A stretch of DNA of 64,000 nucleotides from Candidatus Delongbacteria bacterium (GCA_963663545.1 OY760505.1:3424001-3488000), one strand, 5' to 3'; positions 50,960-61,443 are shown, numbered from the stretch's first letter. Translations and numbers: made by a program. The notes: generated by a model not told the origin, from the letters alone.

Positions 50960-53900
50960 ATGAGAATACCGCTCTCAATGGTCGTCTGTTTGTGCCTTGT
51001 ACTTGTGTTGCAAGTAGGCGCGCAGGAACTGGCTGCACCAGAGGTGGAAATCAGTGCTCAGATAAACGCGGACAGTGTGCATGTGGACCTTGCGTGGTCT
51101 GCCATCGTCGATGCTACTTACTACAAAGTCTACATGGGCCATCCGTACTCGGCTGTGGACAGCTTGCTCTTCAACACCTTTTCAACCAGCTGCCGGATAT
51201 CTCTTCCCTCACCGCCTGAAGGGGTCTTGTCTTTTCATGAGGCGAAGGCCTTTCGGGTTGTGGCTGTGCAGATCTCCGAGATGATCCTCGTTCCCGCCGG
51301 AAGCTTCATGATGGGCGAGGCGGGTGTGGCCGAGCCGGTGCATCAAGTGACGCTGACAAATGACTTCTACATCGGCGCGCATGAAGTAACGAACCAGGAG
51401 TTCGTGGACGCCCTGCAATGGGCCTATGACCGGGGACTTGTTTCTGTAAGTGGAAATGACGTCCTGTCGCAGGGCGGGCTCTTGTTCGAGTTGAATCAGA
51501 CCGATCCGATCGAGATCGAGTTTGCAGGCAACACCTTCTCGCTTGTCGAACGGGACTATGTGAAAGGCGGGGGAGCGTGCGGCCCTGGTTTCGCGTACCC
51601 GAGTGGATACGCAGTGGGAGATCATCCCGTAAAGCAGGTCAGCTGGTATGGTGCGGCCTGCTACTGTGATTGGCGCAGTGAAATGGAGGGCCTGACACCG
51701 TATTACAATGGGGAGTGGGTGCAGTCGGAAACTCATGATCCATATCGAAGCGGTGCGTATCGTCTTCCAACGGAAGCAGAATGGGAGTATGCCGCGCGCT
51801 ATCCGGATGGAAGGCGCTACCCCTGGGGAGACACCCAAGGCGATTGTTCACACTCAAACATCCTTTCGGCTGGATCCTACTGTGTGGGCTGGACCTCAAG
51901 CATTGGAGCCTATGCGTCAGATCTGACCCCATTGGGACTTCTGGATCTGGGCGGAAATGTGAGCGAAATGACCGGCGATCTTGGTGTGTCAGGCTACAGC
52001 AGCGAACCGCAGATCGACCCGTACGGCAGCGGTTCCGGCACCGTGTACGCAATAAGGGGAGGACACTGGGGAGACAATCGGTCGCTACCTATGCGCGGCT
52101 GGGTATATCCTGGAGGATCCCCTTACAGCCTTGGCTTCCGCATTGTGCGCACTGTCGATCCCGATCCTGTCATTCCCGAGATGATCCTCGTTCCCGCTGG
52201 CACATTTACAATGGGAATGAGCGGAGTGGAAGCCCCCGAACACAGCGTAACTCTCACTCATGACTACACGATGGACGCCACGCATATCACCAACGCCGAG
52301 TTCATCGCGGCTCTGCAGTGGGCCTACGACAACGCGGCAACTACCGGCGTCACAGTCACGGCCAGCAGTGTGCAGGCCTACGGAGTTGAGCTGGTGGACC
52401 TGGATGGTTCCTGCTGCGAGATTGCATTCTCCGGTGGCCTTTTCAGTCTGCGAGCGCTCAGTTTCGATATGGGCACCTGGGGACCAGGGCACGCTTATCC
52501 GGCGGGTTACACGCCAACACATCATCCGGTGAAGGAAGTGAGCTGGTACGGCGCGGCCTGCTACTGCGACTGGCGTAGCGAAATGGAGGGCCTGACGCCC
52601 TTCTATCAGGGCGACTGGAGCGCGTGCACCCAGTACCAGAGCGACGCCTACCGTTTGCCCAGCGAGGCGGAATGGGAATACGCCGCGCGTTACAACGACG
52701 GTCGCATATATCCCTGGGGCAACGAGGCTCCGGACTGCAACCGGCTGAACTATCACTTGTGCCTGGGCTGGTCGACACCGGTAGGCGCCTATCCCGCAAC
52801 CGGTCTAGGCTTCTTCGACATGGCCGGAAACACCTGGGATTGGTGCGGTGACTGGCGTGCCGAGTACACGGCCGATTCGCAGATGAATCCCGTGGGTCCT
52901 CCCACCGGAAGCAGCCGCGTGATACGCGGTGGCGATTTTGCTACAGACGATGTCAGCGCTCTGCGGCGCTACGAGATGAATCCCAGCGCAACGGACTATT
53001 GGCCCGGTCTGCGCTGCGTGCGCACGATCGAGCCCGATCCAGCGCCCGCCGAGATGATCCTTGTTCCCGCTGGCAGCTTCATGATGGGCGAAGCGGGCGT
53101 GGCCGAACCCGTACAGGAGGTGACGCTGAGTCACGAGTTCTACCTGGGCACTTATGAAGTGAGCAATGCCGAGTACATGCAGGCATTGCAGTGGGCGTAT
53201 GACAACAGTGCGCTGACCGGAGTTACGGCGACAGCCAGCGGCGTGCAGGCCTATGGCCAATTGCTGCTAGATTTGAGTGCCGCCGGTTGCGAGATCGTGT
53301 TTGTGGATCCTGAGTTCTCACTGCGGCTGTCGTCGGAGGCAGAAGGCGTCTATCCGCTCGGATACAATGTGGCCAAGCATCCGGCGAAGGAGGTCAGCTG
53401 GTACGGTGCCGCCTGTTATTGTGACTGGAAAAGTCTGCGGGAAGGACTACCCGCCTTCTACCAGGGCAACTGGGAGCGCAATTCGTATCAGTGCGATAGC
53501 TATCGTCTGCCCACGGAGGCCGAGTGGGAATACGCCGCCCAGTGGAATGATGATCGCGCTTATCCCTGGGGTCCAGCGCAGCCGCAGCAGACCTTGCTGA
53601 ACTGCTGCATTGGCGGAGACTGCGTCGGCTGGACGACGCGAGTCGGCGCTTATCCTGCGTCTCAGCTTGGGTTGTACGACATGGCGGGAAACATCTGGGA
53701 GTGGTGCGGCGACTGGTGGCAGGCCCTCCCCGCGGGAGGAGTGGATCCGGTCGGCGCTCCTGGAAGTGGCGCCCGCGCGGGACGTGGCGGCGACTGGTAC
53801 AACAATTCCTCGGTGGCGCGCATCTCCTGCCGCACCTACAACAATCCTGTGCATCACAGCGCGCTGTCCGGCTTCCGAATCGCCCGTACGGTCAATGCGG

Positions 53901-56560
53901 AGCCGCCCGCGATGGTTCTCGTACCCGCTGGCAGCTTCATGATGGGCGAAGCGGGCGTGGCCGAGCCCGTGCACGAGGTGACGCTGAGTCACGATCTGCT
54001 GACGGGCAGCTGTGAGGTCAGCAATGAGGAGTTCGCGCTGGCGCTGCAGTGGGCCTACGACAACGCGGCAACTACCGGCGTAACGGCCACGGCCAGCAGC
54101 GTGCAGGCCTACGGCGTCGAGCTGGTGGACCTGGATGGGATCAATAGCGAGATCGCCTTTGCCAACGGTACTTTCAGCCTGGTCGCCCTTAGCTACAACA
54201 CCGGCACGTATGGGCCTGGAATGGCTTTCCCTGCGGGCTACGACCCTGCACCGCATCCGGTGAAGGAAGTCAGCTGGTACGGCGCGGCCTGCTACTGCGA
54301 CTGGCGCAGCGAAATGGAAGGCCTGACGCCCTTCTACCAGGGCGACTGGAGCTTGTACGCAGCGCACAGTCCCTACACCACAGACAGTTATCGTCTGCCC
54401 ACCGAAGGCGAGTGGGAATACATGGCCAGGTACAACGATGGACGGCCTTTCCCCTGGGGCACACAGGCCGCAGAGTGCGCGCGGTTGGAATACGACTTAT
54501 GCAGCGGCTGGACCAAGCCAGTCGGCTCCTACGCTGCCAGTCTCCTTGGCCTGTACGATCTGGCGGGCAATCTCTGGGAGTGGTGTGGTGATTGGTGGGG
54601 CAGCTATCCAAGCGGATCGGCCATCGATCCGGTCGGCCCTGCGGTGGGAAGCTCTCGCATGGGACGTGGCGGCGATTGGGCCTGCACGGAAGCTCATGTG
54701 CGCGCCACCTGTCGCATGGAGCTCGATCCCGCACGAACCGAAGGAGATGTGGGCCTGCGCGTGGTGCGAACCGTCGATCCCGATCCTGTCATTCCCGAGA
54801 TGATCCTCGTTCCCGCTGGCACATTTACAATGGGAATGAGCGGAGTGGAAGCCCCCGAACACAGCGTAACTCTCACTCATGACTACACGATGGACGCCAC
54901 GCATATCACCAACGCCGAGTTCATCGCGGCTCTGCAATGGGCTTACGACAACGCGGCAACTACCGGCGTCACAGTCACGGCCAGCAGTGTGCAGGCCTAC
55001 GGAGTTGAGCTGGTGGACCTGGATGGTTCCTGCTGCGAGATCGCGTTTTCCGGTGGCCTTTTCAATCTGCAGGCGCTCAGTTTCGATACGGGTACTTGGG
55101 GACCGGGGCGCGCCTATCCGACGGGTTACACACCGACGCATCATCCGGTGAAGGAAGTGAGCTGGTACGGTGCGGCCTGCTACTGCGACTGGCGTAGTGA
55201 AATGGAGGGCTTGACGCCCTTCTACCAGGGCGACTGGGGCGCGTGCACTCACTACCGGAGCGACGCCTACCGTTTGCCCACTGAAGCCGAATGGGAGTAC
55301 GCCGCGCGCTACAACGACGGCCGCATGTATCCCTGGGGCAACGAGGCCCCGGACTGTGACCGGCTGAACTTCTATCAGTGTGTCACCTGGTCAACACCAG
55401 TGGGTGCTTACCCCGCAACCGGCCTTGGCTTCTTCGACATGGCCGGTAACACCTGGGATTGGTGCGGTGACTGGCGTGCCGAGTACACGGCGGATTCGCA
55501 GATGAATCCCGTGGGCCCCCCCACCGGGAGCAGTCGTGTGATACGCGGTGGAGATTTCGCCACGGTCAACGTTAGCGCGCTGCGGCGCTACGATAGGAGT
55601 CCCAGCACAACGGATTATTGGCCGGGCTTCCGCTGTGTGCGCACGGTACATCCCGATCCTGCCCCTGGAGACATAATCCTCGTTCCCGCTGGCAGCTTCA
55701 TAATGGGCGAGGCGGGAGTTGCGGAGCCCTTGCATGAGGTGACGCTGAGTCACGATCTGCTGGCAGGCAGCTGCGAGGTCAGCAATGAGGAGTTCGCGCT
55801 GGCGTTACAGTGGGCCTACGACAATGCGGTGACGACGGGCGTAACGGCCACAACCAGCAGCGTGCAGGCCTACGGCGTCGAGCTGGTGGACCTGGACGGG
55901 GTAAGCAGCGAGATCGCCTTTGACAACGGCAGCTTCAGCTTGGTCGCCCTCAGCTACAACACCGGCACCTACGGCCCGGGCCAGGCCTATCCAGAAGGCT
56001 ACGATCCTGCCCAACACCCGGTAAAGGAAGTGAGCTGGTACGGCGCAGCCTGCTACTGCGACTGGCGCAGTGAAATGGAGGGCTTGACGCCCTTCTACCA
56101 GGGCGACTGGAGCTTGTACGAAGAGCACGATCCCTATGCCACGGACAGCTACCGTTTGCCCACCGAAAGCGAGTGGGAGTACATGACCCGCTACAACGAC
56201 GATCGACCTTTCCCCTGGGGCACGCAGGCCGCCGAGTGCGCGCGACTGGAGTACGACTTCTGCAGTGGCTGGACATCGCCCGTCGGCTCCTACCCTGCCA
56301 GCCCGCTTGGTCTCTACGATCTGGCTGGCAATGTCTGGGAGTGGTGTGGTGATTGGTGGGGAAGCTATCCAAGCGGATCGGCCATCGATCCGGTCGGCCC
56401 TGCGGTGGGAAGCTCGCGCATGGGACGTGGCGGCGACTGGGCCTGCACGGAAGATCATGTGCGCGCCACCTGCCGCATGGAGCTCGATCCCGCACGAACC
56501 GAAGGAGATGTGGGCCTGCGCGTGGTGCGAACCGTCGATCCCGATCCAGCTCAACAGTGA
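50960..56560 (+). CDS. Secreted protein with six tandem FGE-sulfatase (SUMF1/CLec-fold) domains
   Basis: Signal peptide; six repeats of (M/I)(I/V)LVPAG.F.MG...VSWYGAACYCDW...RLP(T/S)E.EWEY...GN..E/D...RGG...G(F/L)R. Confidence 0.93.
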   Translation: MRIPLSMVVCLCLVLVLQVGAQELAAPEVEISAQINADSVHVDLAWSAIVDATYYKVYMGHPYSAVDSLLFNTFSTSCRISLPSPPEGVLSFHEAKAFRVVAVQISEMILVPAGSFMMGEAGVAEPVHQVTLTNDFYIGAHEVTNQEFVDALQWAYDRGLVSVSGNDVLSQGGLLFELNQTDPIEIEFAGNTFSLVERDYVKGGGACGPGFAYPSGYAVGDHPVKQVSWYGAACYCDWRSEMEGLTPYYNGEWVQSETHDPYRSGAYRLPTEAEWEYAARYPDGRRYPWGDTQGDCSHSNILSAGSYCVGWTSSIGAYASDLTPLGLLDLGGNVSEMTGDLGVSGYSSEPQIDPYGSGSGTVYAIRGGHWGDNRSLPMRGWVYPGGSPYSLGFRIVRTVDPDPVIPEMILVPAGTFTMGMSGVEAPEHSVTLTHDYTMDATHITNAEFIAALQWAYDNAATTGVTVTASSVQAYGVELVDLDGSCCEIAFSGGLFSLRALSFDMGTWGPGHAYPAGYTPTHHPVKEVSWYGAACYCDWRSEMEGLTPFYQGDWSACTQYQSDAYRLPSEAEWEYAARYNDGRIYPWGNEAPDCNRLNYHLCLGWSTPVGAYPATGLGFFDMAGNTWDWCGDWRAEYTADSQMNPVGPPTGSSRVIRGGDFATDDVSALRRYEMNPSATDYWPGLRCVRTIEPDPAPAEMILVPAGSFMMGEAGVAEPVQEVTLSHEFYLGTYEVSNAEYMQALQWAYDNSALTGVTATASGVQAYGQLLLDLSAAGCEIVFVDPEFSLRLSSEAEGVYPLGYNVAKHPAKEVSWYGAACYCDWKSLREGLPAFYQGNWERNSYQCDSYRLPTEAEWEYAAQWNDDRAYPWGPAQPQQTLLNCCIGGDCVGWTTRVGAYPASQLGLYDMAGNIWEWCGDWWQALPAGGVDPVGAPGSGARAGRGGDWYNNSSVARISCRTYNNPVHHSALSGFRIARTVNAEPPAMVLVPAGSFMMGEAGVAEPVHEVTLSHDLLTGSCEVSNEEFALALQWAYDNAATTGVTATASSVQAYGVELVDLDGINSEIAFANGTFSLVALSYNTGTYGPGMAFPAGYDPAPHPVKEVSWYGAACYCDWRSEMEGLTPFYQGDWSLYAAHSPYTTDSYRLPTEGEWEYMARYNDGRPFPWGTQAAECARLEYDLCSGWTKPVGSYAASLLGLYDLAGNLWEWCGDWWGSYPSGSAIDPVGPAVGSSRMGRGGDWACTEAHVRATCRMELDPARTEGDVGLRVVRTVDPDPVIPEMILVPAGTFTMGMSGVEAPEHSVTLTHDYTMDATHITNAEFIAALQWAYDNAATTGVTVTASSVQAYGVELVDLDGSCCEIAFSGGLFNLQALSFDTGTWGPGRAYPTGYTPTHHPVKEVSWYGAACYCDWRSEMEGLTPFYQGDWGACTHYRSDAYRLPTEAEWEYAARYNDGRMYPWGNEAPDCDRLNFYQCVTWSTPVGAYPATGLGFFDMAGNTWDWCGDWRAEYTADSQMNPVGPPTGSSRVIRGGDFATVNVSALRRYDRSPSTTDYWPGFRCVRTVHPDPAPGDIILVPAGSFIMGEAGVAEPLHEVTLSHDLLAGSCEVSNEEFALALQWAYDNAVTTGVTATTSSVQAYGVELVDLDGVSSEIAFDNGSFSLVALSYNTGTYGPGQAYPEGYDPAQHPVKEVSWYGAACYCDWRSEMEGLTPFYQGDWSLYEEHDPYATDSYRLPTESEWEYMTRYNDDRPFPWGTQAAECARLEYDFCSGWTSPVGSYPASPLGLYDLAGNVWEWCGDWWGSYPSGSAIDPVGPAVGSSRMGRGGDWACTEDHVRATCRMELDPARTEGDVGLRVVRTVDPDPAQQ

Positions 56561-56570
56561 AGGCGCATAA

Positions 56571-56655
56571 ATAGCGATACCGATCCGACTTCGTAGAAGT
56601 CGATCCGACTTCGTAGAAGTCGATCCGACTTCGTAGAGTCGGCCCCGATAGCGAC
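56571..56655 (+). repeat. REP-like element copy 2, with a tandem triplication of its 20-bp core
   Basis: (CGATCCGACTTCGTAGAAGT)x2 plus a third copy lacking one A. Confidence 0.85.
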
Positions 56656-56719
56656 CCGACAACACCCGCGTCAGCGGAACCAAGAGCCCCCGGCAGGGAA
56701 AGGTGCTACATTAGCCTCC

Positions 56720-58534
56720 ATGGCTCTGTTCACCTTCGATCCTAAAGATCACCCCACCCAGCCGGGTGTCTACCTCTTCCGCAACGACCAAGCTCGCGTG
56801 CTCTACGTGGGTAAGGCGCGCAACCTGCGCCAGCGCCTGCGTAGCTATGCCCAAGGCGGCGACGGGCGGCCCAACATTCCTGTGATGCTGCGTCACGCGG
56901 TCAGCGTCGAGACCATCGTTACCGCCAGCGAAGTGGAAGCGCTGATCCTCGAGAACAACCTGATCAAGGAACACCGCCCGCGCTACAACCTCTTCTTCAA
57001 AGACGATAAGAGTTATCCCTTCATTCGTGTCACACGGGAAACCGTGCCGCGTATCTTTCTCACTCGCCGTCAAGTGCGCGACGGAAGCCGCTACTTCGGT
57101 CCCTACACCGATGTGAAACACTTGCGCTCCTTCCTGACGGAGATCAAGGAGCAGCTACGCATTCGCGATTGTGATCTAAGTATCACAGAGGAGAGTGTCG
57201 CCCAGAACAAGCATCGCGTATGCTTGAACTACCACATCGGCAAGTGCGGTGGTCCCTGCGAAGGCAAGGAGGATCTGGCGGACTACGCCCGGCGTGTGGA
57301 GCTGGTTGTCGATATTCTCAAAGGTCGCGCTGCCGGACTGCGCCGTGATGCGGAGCGCAGGATGCGCGAGGCCGCTGCTACACTGGAGTACGAGGAGGCT
57401 GCGCGCCAGCGTGATACAATTGCCGTGCTGGATCAATTCATGGCCCGTCAGAAGGCCGAGCGCGGTGTGGACGAGGATCTGGACGTGATCGCCCTGGCGG
57501 TCGAGGACAACGACGCCTGCTGCGCCTTACTGCGCGTGCGCGGCGGTCGCATTCTGGGCCGCTATCACAGCTTCCTCAATGGTGCGCTCAAGGCGGCACC
57601 CGAAGAGCTTGTATCACGCTTTCTGGAGCAGTACTACAGCCAGTGCGAGGATCTACCGCCCTTGCTGCTGGTGCCTGTCCAGCCCGGTGATACAGAGCTG
57701 ATTTCCACATGGCTGTCGGAACGTCGTGGCGCAAAGTGCGAACTGCGCTGGCCCCAGCGTGGCGAGAAAGTGGGCCTGCTGAAACTGGGAGAGAGCAACG
57801 CGCAAATGCTGCTCTCGAATCTGCAGCTGGCGCGCATGAAGCGCGAACGCATTCCTGAGACGCTGAAAGCACTGCAGCGCGATCTGGATCTGCCCGCACT
57901 GCCCAGGCGCATCGAGGGCTTCGACATCAGCCATTTCATGGGCGAAAGTACCGTGGCCTCGCTGGTGGTTTTCGTGGACGGAAAGCCACGCCGCAGCGAG
58001 TACCGCCACTTCCACGTGCGCACAGTCAGCGGCATCGACGATTTCGCTTCGATGGAGGAGGTCGTGAGACGCCGCTACACCCGTCGTCTGCGTGAGGAGA
58101 CCGAACTGCCTGATCTGATCCTCATCGACGGTGGCAAGGGACAGCTGGGCCGCGCGGCTTATGTATTACGCGAGCTGGGATTGGAGCGCCTGCCGGTGAT
58201 CGGCCTGGCCAAGCGCCTGGAAGAAGTTTTCGTGCCCGGCGAGAGCGAGCCGCGCAATCTGCCCAAAATCAGTAGCGCCAACCGCCTGCTGCAGCATGTG
58301 CGCGATGAAGCGCATCATTTTGCCATTACCTTCAACCGCAAGCTGCGGCGGCAGGCGGCCATCGTGGACCCGCTGGAACAGATTCCCGGCCTGGGGCCGA
58401 AAACGCAGGAGCGCCTGCTTTCGCACTTCGGCAGCCTGGGCAAGATCAAGGCCGCCAGTGTGGAAGAACTTTGCACCGTGCAGGGCATCGGGCGAAAGCT
58501 GGCGGAGTTAATTCACAGCACCTTTCATTCTTAA
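56720..58534 (+). CDS. uvrC: Excinuclease ABC subunit C
   Basis: GIY-YIG PGVYLF...LYVGKA; RIEGFDISH; LIDGGKGQL; RDEAH; HhH. Confidence 0.98.
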   Translation: MALFTFDPKDHPTQPGVYLFRNDQARVLYVGKARNLRQRLRSYAQGGDGRPNIPVMLRHAVSVETIVTASEVEALILENNLIKEHRPRYNLFFKDDKSYPFIRVTRETVPRIFLTRRQVRDGSRYFGPYTDVKHLRSFLTEIKEQLRIRDCDLSITEESVAQNKHRVCLNYHIGKCGGPCEGKEDLADYARRVELVVDILKGRAAGLRRDAERRMREAAATLEYEEAARQRDTIAVLDQFMARQKAERGVDEDLDVIALAVEDNDACCALLRVRGGRILGRYHSFLNGALKAAPEELVSRFLEQYYSQCEDLPPLLLVPVQPGDTELISTWLSERRGAKCELRWPQRGEKVGLLKLGESNAQMLLSNLQLARMKRERIPETLKALQRDLDLPALPRRIEGFDISHFMGESTVASLVVFVDGKPRRSEYRHFHVRTVSGIDDFASMEEVVRRRYTRRLREETELPDLILIDGGKGQLGRAAYVLRELGLERLPVIGLAKRLEEVFVPGESEPRNLPKISSANRLLQHVRDEAHHFAITFNRKLRRQAAIVDPLEQIPGLGPKTQERLLSHFGSLGKIKAASVEELCTVQGIGRKLAELIHSTFHS

Positions 58535-58539
58535 GCGCA

Positions 58540-58580
58540 CCGACTCCTGCGGAGTTTGATCGGTATCGGCATCGGTATCG
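58540..58580 (-). repeat. REP-like element copy 3 (degenerate)
   Basis: + strand CCGACTCCTGCGGAGTTTGATCGGTATCGGCATCGGTATCG resembles copy 1. Confidence 0.65.
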
Positions 58581-58703
58581 GGGCATCTATCATCAGCAAT
58601 CGAAGTGAGAAGCAAGGCGCTCACTTTCTGTTCCTCCCAAGGCAATGCGCAGATTCATTTATGCTGAGGTCGATCGTGGTGTTGTCGGGGGGCGACGTCT
58701 CGA

Positions 58704-58828
58704 TACCGATCCGACACGCAGTGTCGGCAGCGATACCGATAAGAGATTTTGCTTGCATGCCGCAGCAGTGCAGGCTAGATTTGCTGTGACACACAATGTC
58801 CCGATACCGGAGGTTCTCATGCACAGCA
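58704..58828 (+). repeat. 125-bp leader (REP-like copy 4, promoter, RBS, start) duplicated at 61319-61443
   Basis: One substitution seen between the copies (aatgtCccga vs aatgtTccga). Confidence 0.95.
58753..58781 (+). promoter_or_regulatory. Sigma70-like promoter inside the duplicated leader
   Basis: TTGCAT-17 bp-TAGATT; second copy 2615 bp downstream. Confidence 0.6.
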
Positions 58829-61239
58829 AGTTCTGCGTCTTTCGTCTGCTTGCTTCCTGCGGTTTGCTCTTCGCTACCGTATGCCGCGCTACAGTTTCCT
58901 TTGAAGCGCCAGACGTGCTCTACGATTGCAGCGAGCCTATTCCCAACTATACGATCGCCGCCGATTTAAACGGAGATGGTCTTGAGGACCTGCTGATTCG
59001 CGGCCGCGATGGTTCGGTCAGCTACTTGCCGCATCCTGGTGAAGAGGTACAACAGCCGGTGGTTATATTGAGTGATACACAGACCACTGCAGGCGAGTTA
59101 CGCGTGATGCATAGTTATCAGACTCACGAAGACTTCTACCTGGCCGAGACCAGTGACGGCGGAGTGGCTTTGCGCTTCGACGAGAACTTCGGTGTAACAC
59201 AGGAAAGCTTCCCCATCGATTATCTGCCAGAGTATCCGGGTGAGATTCATGTGTGCCACTACTTTCCCGATGCGATCTACAGCAACATTGTCACACGTGG
59301 CAGTGACGAGGTGATACGCGTTTGGTCCTACGATGGAAGTTCCTGGCAGGCACATGAGATCGGCGTCTGGCCCAGAGACTACAACTACGATCCCATTTTC
59401 GTGGGAGACCTGGACGGCGATGGTCTGGATGAGCTGGTGCTGAATGAAAGCACCGACACATTTGATCAGCTGCTTTACATGGTGCCGGCGGCTTCGACCA
59501 GTCTGAACACACAATACCTGATGGATTTTCCTGACTTCACTCACGGCGAAATCTTCAACTTCGTTGCGGATGACCTGGATCAGGATGGTGATACAGACCT
59601 GCTCTACGAAAGCGACGATCCGATGGCGGGGACCATGGTGGTAGGTTGGCTCGAGCAGACTTCTCCCATGGCCTTTCACCCCCAGGAATTGAGCAATTGG
59701 GGTGGGCGGTATTCTCGCGGCCTGCTGATTGCCGATTTGAATCACGACGGACGCAAGGATATTCTGCGAGGTGGAGTGAGTGATTTTCTGTTTTACGATA
59801 CCTACCTCAACGGCTGGCTACAGAATGAAACAGGCACCTTTGCTAGCGGAATACTGCTGAGTAATGAGCTTGATGTGTTTCATCCGCTGGTAGCCGAATG
59901 GAACGACGACTCCACGAGCTGCCAACTGCTGAATCATGGCTTTCCGCAGTTGAATGTCTATAACCTGACGGCCAGCGGCATCGAAGCTGATTGTGCAATT
60001 GGGCGCAGCCTGGGGGGACGCCCCGCAGAGGCGGTTGAGTTCCTTGCGCCCGATGATCGTTTGCTGATGGTTACCACCACCGATAGTAATGGCTACAACC
60101 TGATTCCAGCTTCTCCCTTGGATCGACATGTCATGGTTCATGCAGGTTGTGGTGGATCGCCCTTTCCGGAGGTGCGCTTTACCCACTTCAATGCGGACGA
60201 TTTCATAGACCCCTACATCTTCGACGAGATTTGGATTCTTCCCCTTCCCCTGGACGGCCATATCATGGGTGTTCTTGGTGTGCCATCGGATGCGGTGGAT
60301 GCTTTCATCATGGACTACGATGCCAACCGCTTTCTGGATTTGATCGCGCTGGACTCGCAAAACAACCTGATTTGTGTGGATTCCCTTGGCTGGAACGAGA
60401 GGCTTCTCTTTTCTCTGGGTGACCTGCCGGAGCCTGCGCTTTCATGCGGTGACGCCAGCGGCGACGGACGGGATGATATTTTGCTGCGCGATGGAAATGG
60501 CATTCTGCGCATTTTTGAGAACCTGCTGGATGGTAGCTTTGCGGATCCGGTACTCCTGGAGGGAATCTCTTCGGACACTAAACTGTTGTTGGTGGATCTT
60601 AACGGCGATCAGCGAAATGATCTGCTGTATCTGAACGAAGGATTGCTTTGTCACCGACTGTGGACGCCGGATGGCTGGGGGGATGCCCACAGCTATTTCG
60701 ACAATGAGGTCCTGCAAAGCTTTGCTGCCGCTGATATTGGTGATGGCGACGAGCTGGAAGTTTTCGGCTTGCGAAGCGATGACGCAGGTGCTGAACTGCT
60801 GGTGCTGAATCCGCGCACAGGCCAGCAGCTAAGCAGAGTACTGTCCCGGGGGCACAGCCTGGCCCTGGCGCACGTTGATGAGGATGAAGACCTGGATCTG
60901 CTGGTCCTGCACGAGGACGGTGTCGACTGGCTGGAGAACACCACTACCCTGGGCATCGACGATGCGTCCCAGCCCGTGACACATCATCTATTGGAGTGCT
61001 ACCCCAACCCCTTCAACCCAACGACCACAATTCCCTTCGTGATACAACAGCCCGCCCACCTTCGCCTATCCATCTACAACCTGCGTGGACAGGAAGTCGC
61101 TGTGCTGGCCACGGGCGAGTTCCCGGCGGGCGAGCACCGTGTCACCTTCGATGGCGCAGCATTGGCGAGCGGCGTGTACTTGATTCGCCTGAGTGGAGAA
61201 GGTGTGGAGGAGACCAGGAAAGTGCTGCTACTGAAATAA
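58819..61239 (+). CDS. Secreted FG-GAP/VCBS-repeat protein with C-terminal T9SS-A/FlgD-like sorting domain
   Basis: RBS GGAGG; signal peptide; DLNGDG.EDL repeats; CYPNPFNPTT...ASGVYLIRL...KVLLLK. Confidence 0.9.
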   Translation: MHSKFCVFRLLASCGLLFATVCRATVSFEAPDVLYDCSEPIPNYTIAADLNGDGLEDLLIRGRDGSVSYLPHPGEEVQQPVVILSDTQTTAGELRVMHSYQTHEDFYLAETSDGGVALRFDENFGVTQESFPIDYLPEYPGEIHVCHYFPDAIYSNIVTRGSDEVIRVWSYDGSSWQAHEIGVWPRDYNYDPIFVGDLDGDGLDELVLNESTDTFDQLLYMVPAASTSLNTQYLMDFPDFTHGEIFNFVADDLDQDGDTDLLYESDDPMAGTMVVGWLEQTSPMAFHPQELSNWGGRYSRGLLIADLNHDGRKDILRGGVSDFLFYDTYLNGWLQNETGTFASGILLSNELDVFHPLVAEWNDDSTSCQLLNHGFPQLNVYNLTASGIEADCAIGRSLGGRPAEAVEFLAPDDRLLMVTTTDSNGYNLIPASPLDRHVMVHAGCGGSPFPEVRFTHFNADDFIDPYIFDEIWILPLPLDGHIMGVLGVPSDAVDAFIMDYDANRFLDLIALDSQNNLICVDSLGWNERLLFSLGDLPEPALSCGDASGDGRDDILLRDGNGILRIFENLLDGSFADPVLLEGISSDTKLLLVDLNGDQRNDLLYLNEGLLCHRLWTPDGWGDAHSYFDNEVLQSFAAADIGDGDELEVFGLRSDDAGAELLVLNPRTGQQLSRVLSRGHSLALAHVDEDEDLDLLVLHEDGVDWLENTTTLGIDDASQPVTHHLLECYPNPFNPTTTIPFVIQQPAHLRLSIYNLRGQEVAVLATGEFPAGEHRVTFDGAALASGVYLIRLSGEGVEETRKVLLLK

Positions 61240-61318
61240 GCGTAGGCTTCTGGATTTCTCGGTATCAATGCCGACTCGATCTGCCGCCTCGGCAGGCAGA
61301 GCTGGCCCCGATCCCGAG

Positions 61319-61443
61319 TACCGATCCGACACGCAGTGTCGGCAGCGATACCGATAAGAGATTTTGCTTGCATGCCGCAGCAGTGCAGGCTAGATTTGCT
61401 GTGACACACAATGTTCCGATACCGGAGGTTCTCATGCACAGCA
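61319..61443 (+). repeat. Second copy of the 125-bp leader (contains REP-like copy 5)
   Basis: Matches 58704-58828. Confidence 0.95.

Noticed and set aside
56581..56642. CRISPR array
   Set aside because: 20-bp units are contiguous with no spacers and there are no cas genes
50960..56660. Diversity-generating retroelement target (FGE/CLec domains plus downstream hairpin)
   Set aside because: No reverse transcriptase or non-coding template repeat in the window; differences between repeats are largely synonymous and not adenine-specific. A remote DGR cannot be excluded.
58645..61433. N-terminal extensions in the ORF track (58645 and 60996 starts)
   Set aside because: They read through the repeat/promoter leader; RBS and signal peptides support starts at 58819 and 61434
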